Source: Bdellovibrionota bacterium (lineage in GTDB: Bacteria > Bdellovibrionota_C > UBA2361 > JBIKUX01). Taken from it: a DNA stretch of 64,000 nt. Positions 59,797 to 64,000 of the stretch are shown piece after piece. The DNA lies in assembly GCA_044347345.1 (NCBI GenBank), contig JBIKUX010000001.1, positions 97,024-161,023 on the forward strand, read 5' to 3'. The notes beneath the pieces were generated by a model, which was not told where the DNA came from, did not search any database, and was given only the letters and a program-made list of their open reading frames with translations. Every line of letters starts with the position of its first letter. Position 1 is the first letter of the stretch. A program made the translations under genes and the position numbers.

Positions 59797-60816
59797 TTAA
59801 CTTTTGAATTTTAGCGACCCATCTTTTAGATTATTACGCAAGAGAAGAAATATAAAGCCTGGCACCCCTAATAAAGCTGTTATCACCCCAGGAGGTATTT
59901 CAAAAGGGGCGGCCACTACTCTACTTATAACATCACTCCCAAGCAGTAAACCTGCTCCAATCAGTGAGGTTACGGGCAATAAACGACCATGAAGTTCACC
60001 ACAAAAACACCGGGCAATATGGGGGCTAAGTAACCCGATAAAAGGAATAGGCCCGGTACAGACCACTGAAATACTAATTCCCACGCAAACAATTGACAAT
60101 ATTACCGCCCGAAAATTTTGAGGACAAATACCTCGACTACAAACAAAATCATCTCCAAATAGCATTAAATCAAAAATATAATGACGCTTAGAGCTAACGA
60201 CCAAAGTAATCAAAAAAACGGCCAACAAAGGTATTACCGTATAAAATGTTGAACCTTGAAAACTTCCCATAAGCCACCGTTGCGTTACAAATAGCTGAGT
60301 TGGGTCTGACATATATTGAAGCATTAAAGTAGCGCTACTCGCAAAAAAATTGAGGCATATACCAAGCAAAAGTATAATTGACGATTCTCTAACCAGCCAA
60401 GCAATTAAAAGCATCATAGCTGAAGATACGAGGGCTCCTATAAGCCCGAAAGCAGCAGCTGCAGAAAACGTAGAAGTAATGGTTGTAGAAAAAAACAAAA
60501 TAGAGACATATACCCCTAAACTAGCCGCAGCAGATACTCCAACGGTAAAGGGAGAACATAGGTCGTTACGAAAAATAGCTTGAAGTATTAAGCCTCCTAT
60601 AGCGAGAAGCGCTCCTGTTAATGATACAACCAATGCTCTGGGTGCTCGTATCTGCCAAAAAATAAAAAAATTTGATGAATCTGGATCGATAATTGATAAA
60701 AAATTAATCTTTACTGGCCCAACTAAGAGTGAGCCTATAAGTAAAATAGGAAGAAGAGCGCACAAAATTACAAAACTTATCTTCCAACCTAGTAAGCTAG
60801 TACAAACTTTTTTCAT
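59797..60816 (-). CDS. FecCD-family ABC importer permease (BtuC/FhuB/HmuU-like).
   Basis: 339 aa with about 9 TM helices. QIRAPRALVV (the RxPR-type motif of FecCD permeases). Confidence 0.8.
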   Translation of the reverse strand: MKKVCTSLLGWKISFVILCALLPILLIGSLLVGPVKINFLSIIDPDSSNFFIFWQIRAPRALVVSLTGALLAIGGLILQAIFRNDLCSPFTVGVSAAASLGVYVSILFFSTTITSTFSAAAAFGLIGALVSSAMMLLIAWLVRESSIILLLGICLNFFASSATLMLQYMSDPTQLFVTQRWLMGSFQGSTFYTVIPLLAVFLITLVVSSKRHYIFDLMLFGDDFVCSRGICPQNFRAVILSIVCVGISISVVCTGPIPFIGLLSPHIARCFCGELHGRLLPVTSLIGAGLLLGSDVISRVVAAPFEIPPGVITALLGVPGFIFLLLRNNLKDGSLKFKS

Positions 60817-60842
60817 GTCTTGTTACTAAATACTCACATCTC

Positions 60843-61730
60843 TCAAGAGTTTGGCGAATCTGTTACACGTAATAAAAACCTTCCTATAACCTCCAAAAGC
60901 TGCACCATACGCGGGCCAGGAATGGAAGCAAAATCATCGGCGATTATTAAAATAGGTATGTCTCGAGATGAGTTAAATAAACGATTTAAATCAGATCGCC
61001 ACTTCAATTTTTGATCCTGAGTGTCAGTGCCCGGAGGAGCTATCTGTATTATCGCATCTGGCCTAATCTTATAAATAGTCTCTGATGATAAACTACTGAA
61101 GGAGCTAGTATACCCCGTTATGGGATTGTTAGCTCCTATAGATTCTAAAAGTGAAGTATAAATTCCGTCTCTTCCCGATATATAAAGAGGGGTTAAATCC
61201 CCCTGACTAATCAAACTACCCACTAAAACAAGAACATCTAATTTTTTTTTAAGAGAGAATTTATCAACCGCTACCTTCATTCGAGCTGACAGTAATTGTG
61301 AAGAAACTTTAGCTTGTGCTTCTAATGCACAAAACTGTCCAATAATTCCATAGGCCTCAATGATTTTATCTATACTACCCTCTTCAATAAAAACTGTTGC
61401 TATTTTAGCTCTTTTTATAACCGGCATTAATGCTTGTTGTGAGGGAAGAAGGATGACCAAATTAGGACGAAGAGACAGAAGAAGTTCAATATTTGGATCA
61501 AGTAATCCGCCAAGTTTAGGCAGAGAATCAGCTTCTGTTGGATATTTTGTAAAACTACTAGTTGCTACCACTTTATCACCTAAGCCCATATCAAAAATAA
61601 TTTCAGTTGCTACGGGTGAAAGTGGAACAATACGAAGACACTCACAAAACGCGCTATTAGAACAAAGAGAAAAGTATAACCACACTATCCTGAGCAAAAA
61701 TAAGCTCGTTATTTTAACATAACCCGACAT
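60843..61730 (-). CDS. Periplasmic substrate-binding protein of the cobalamin/iron-siderophore/heme type (BtuF/FhuD-like).
   Basis: Signal peptide. 295 aa. Two-lobe layout (RIVPLSPVATEIIFDMGLGDKVVATS...LRPNLVIL). Confidence 0.65.
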   Translation of the reverse strand: MSGYVKITSLFLLRIVWLYFSLCSNSAFCECLRIVPLSPVATEIIFDMGLGDKVVATSSFTKYPTEADSLPKLGGLLDPNIELLLSLRPNLVILLPSQQALMPVIKRAKIATVFIEEGSIDKIIEAYGIIGQFCALEAQAKVSSQLLSARMKVAVDKFSLKKKLDVLVLVGSLISQGDLTPLYISGRDGIYTSLLESIGANNPITGYTSSFSSLSSETIYKIRPDAIIQIAPPGTDTQDQKLKWRSDLNRLFNSSRDIPILIIADDFASIPGPRMVQLLEVIGRFLLRVTDSPNS

Positions 61731-61792
61731 AGAGCAAGCTGAATATTTTTTTATATCAAGTAAGAATGATTTTACTAATTACCGCATCTTCT

Positions 61793-63760
61793 CTAATCGT
61801 CTGAAATAGATAGATTGGTGTCTATTTTCAGTCCTAACATAACTCTTGCTCCCGGGGAACCAAATCCGTAGACCTCTTGATATTCTTTATCTAGTAAATT
61901 ATCAGCCGCCAAAGTAGCAGATACACCCTTACCGAGTTCGTAAGATCCGTTAAGACCAAATAATACATAGGAGCCTAAAGACACATTTTCTGCGGGGAAC
62001 ACGGTGAAATTTCTATCTCTGCGCGGACCAACCCATTGAGTATTAAGATTTATTCTTAACCGTTTTGTTGCGATGTATGAAAATACGCTACGCGCTTGCC
62101 TACTTGCTCTTCTCAACAAGGCGGAACCGGTAGATTTATCCTCGGTATCCAAATAAGTAAAAAAACCTAGCCACTCAAATTTTGTAAAAATGGGAGCTTT
62201 AATCGACACTTCCACACCTTGAGTTTCAGCATTATCAATATTTTGTAAAATAAAAGAACTCGGATCAAATTGAATAAGGTTACGAAACTCATTTCTAAAA
62301 TAAGTGGTATCAATCAAAATTTTACTCGATGGAATGAGAAATTCGTAGCCGAAATCCCATCCTCTTGAGGTTTCTGCCTGAAGACTAGAGTTACCGAAGG
62401 AAGAAAATAACTGCGTTACCGTAGGAGCTTTAAATCCTGTACCGACACTACTATGAATACGAGATTGGAACAAAGAAACTGGACGTGACGCCGTAATTCG
62501 CCATGTATCCTGTCCTCCAAAGCGAGAATGATCATCATACCGGTTACCAATAGTCAAAAGACCTAACCATTCAGGCTGAATCAGCAACTCACTAAAAACT
62601 CCCCCGTTTGAAGTGCTACTAGGCAATAATTCGTCCTTAAATTCACCGAATTGTGAATAAGAAACGTACTGAGAATTAGCTGATTCATTCTCATATTCCC
62701 CACCCACATCAAACTTAAGCCAATCGATAGGCTTAATTACTTCGATAACTGAGAAGCGTGTTCGATATCCTTGAAATCTACTATCAATAAGATCAAGCGG
62801 TGCAGTTACATCCGCTTCATTAATATCAGTCAATTCATGCTCTGCGTATTCAAATTGTAAACGCTGATCCAGTAGGTCATTAAAAAATTCTGAATGAGCA
62901 CTTACTGAGCTGACAAAAACGTCATTACTAAGTTTTCGATTGGGGTCATCTCCCCCTACTCCTGCCGCTCTATCAATTTCAGCTTCACTCGATACCTTCT
63001 TAAGATTAAACTCTAAGTCAGATAAACCAACTCTGAGACCTCCAAGTGCGCTAAATGAGCTATTTGAATATGGGTCTCTCTCAAAGTTACCATCTCTTTG
63101 GTCGGCTGAAGATATGTTTGATTGACTCTTACTACCGCTAGCACTGAGTGTAAGATACTTATTCTCATCACTTAAAAGCAAAGTAGAAGTACCTGCGGTA
63201 GTTTCGTAATTTCCACTCAAAGCAGTAAGAGATAACTTGTTTTCTTTAGCTCCTTTCTTGGTAATTATATGAATAACTCCGCCAATAGCGTTTGAACCGT
63301 ACATTAAACTTTGAGGCCCGCGAAGAATTTCAATTCTTTCCACACCATCGGTGGTAATGTTAGCGAGATCAAATGAGCCTCCAGGAGTAGCTGGATTGTT
63401 AACTTCAACGCCGTCAATAAGAACTAGAGTATGCTCTCCGTTTGCTCCCCTCATAAACGTGGAGACAGAGCCTCCTGGCCCACCCGATTGCACAATATTT
63501 ACTCCAGGTGTACTTCTGAGTGCATCAACGATATTAGTTTGAGCCATGGCCTCAATTGACTCTCTATTGATGATGGTCACAGCTCCACCAATTTGCGATT
63601 GTGGTACCTCATCCTGATGAGATGTTACTACTAACGGCGATAAATCTTTGACGATAACGTCTTCAGCTTTAACATCATAGTTAGACAAAAAAATTGCCTG
63701 AATAATAACGAGCCCAACAAAAGAAATTGAACCGATATGATCGGAATTCATACTTTTCAT
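61793..63760 (-). CDS. TonB-dependent outer-membrane receptor (BtuB/CirA-like). Proposed start is the Met of the MKSMNSDHIG signal peptide; the ORF track extends 72 nt further upstream.
   Basis: Signal peptide. TonB-box-like SPLVVTS. Plug-domain motifs (IEILRGPQSLMYGSNAIGGVIHI). A long beta-barrel region. Confidence 0.85.
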   Translation of the reverse strand: MKSMNSDHIGSISFVGLVIIQAIFLSNYDVKAEDVIVKDLSPLVVTSHQDEVPQSQIGGAVTIINRESIEAMAQTNIVDALRSTPGVNIVQSGGPGGSVSTFMRGANGEHTLVLIDGVEVNNPATPGGSFDLANITTDGVERIEILRGPQSLMYGSNAIGGVIHIITKKGAKENKLSLTALSGNYETTAGTSTLLLSDENKYLTLSASGSKSQSNISSADQRDGNFERDPYSNSSFSALGGLRVGLSDLEFNLKKVSSEAEIDRAAGVGGDDPNRKLSNDVFVSSVSAHSEFFNDLLDQRLQFEYAEHELTDINEADVTAPLDLIDSRFQGYRTRFSVIEVIKPIDWLKFDVGGEYENESANSQYVSYSQFGEFKDELLPSSTSNGGVFSELLIQPEWLGLLTIGNRYDDHSRFGGQDTWRITASRPVSLFQSRIHSSVGTGFKAPTVTQLFSSFGNSSLQAETSRGWDFGYEFLIPSSKILIDTTYFRNEFRNLIQFDPSSFILQNIDNAETQGVEVSIKAPIFTKFEWLGFFTYLDTEDKSTGSALLRRASRQARSVFSYIATKRLRINLNTQWVGPRRDRNFTVFPAENVSLGSYVLFGLNGSYELGKGVSATLAADNLLDKEYQEVYGFGSPGARVMLGLKIDTNLSISDD

Positions 63761-64000
63761 GATCTTTTTTCCGTCAAACCAAAAAACCACAAACTTGCCT
63801 AATTTTTTAAATAAATTCATCATTTCAGGCATAAAGCCATTTTTCTAAACTTAAAATATTGATGCCCAAAGAATTAACAGAAGTTCTTCCCGCTCACTTA
63901 AAGGTTTTATCTAAAGCTTGTTTATTGAGCAAATATTATCTGGAGCTAACAGCTAAATTCGAGACATTGCAACTACATTTAACATTGAATCTATACGCTC

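Noticed and set aside
63761-64000. Possible cobalamin riboswitch or Fur box upstream of the TonB-dependent receptor
   Set aside because: Only about 240 nt are available before the window ends. No B12-box-like (GCCACTG-type) core or recognisable Fur-box (GATAATGATAATCATTATC) was seen on the minus strand.
1-64000. CRISPR arrays, rRNA, tRNA, tmRNA, RNase P and SRP RNA
   Set aside because: No repeat-spacer periodicity, and none of the conserved RNA signature strings were found in the intergenic regions inspected, which were short and AT-rich.

Overview
This 64 kb window reads as a chromosomal segment from a low-GC Gram-negative bacterium; the low GC (about 40%) is an estimate by eye. The Gram-negative call rests on the Min system, a TonB-dependent receptor, the Wzm/Wzt exporter, SPOR/AmiC and a non-zinc S14. 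Coding density is high and most genes are on the minus strand. No rRNA, tRNA or CRISPR array was recognised.

Housekeeping blocks that are recognisable from the sequence:
- gcvT-gcvH-gcvP with folD, and a divergent alanine dehydrogenase (ald)
- minC-minD-minE
- pgpA, a TolB-like beta-propeller protein and a HExxH peptidase
- pyrF, an RNase R/II-family exoribonuclease and an FAD oxidoreductase
- purH-purD, mutS, rpsA, selO and a patatin-like phospholipase
- hpt and a stand-alone rpsN (S14)

Accessory-looking content:
1. Positions 139-9991 carry a minus-strand operon of six secreted, Cys-rich or large membrane proteins, running off the left edge of the window. Its architecture matches the periplasmic and outer-membrane half of an F-type (MPF-F) type IV secretion system. 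It includes a TraF-like thioredoxin-fold protein without CxxC, a TraG_N-like 1172-aa membrane protein with a repetitive C-terminus, and TraU-like and TraN/H-like Cys-rich proteins. It sits directly downstream of gcvP, and no pilin, ATPase or coupling-protein genes are present in the window.
2. Positions 49.5-58 kb carry an ABC-transporter-dependent glycan locus. It has Wzm/Wzt (with the extended Wzt C-terminal domain), two GT4 glycosyltransferases, a GT-C (PMT/ArnT-like) glycosyltransferase fused to a discoidin-like domain, a UPF0104 flippase-like membrane protein and an SGNH hydrolase.
3. Positions 30.8-34.2 kb carry two tandem membrane-anchored PP2C phosphatases beside a SPOR protein and an AmiC-like amidase.
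4. Positions 59.4-63.8 kb carry a TonB-dependent receptor, a periplasmic binding protein and a FecCD permease. This import operon has no ATPase gene and ends in the isolated S14 gene.
5. Several short tandem repeats or homopolymer tracts lie inside or just upstream of genes and could be contingency loci.

All functional calls are by eye from the translated ORFs. Profile or structure searches are needed to confirm them.
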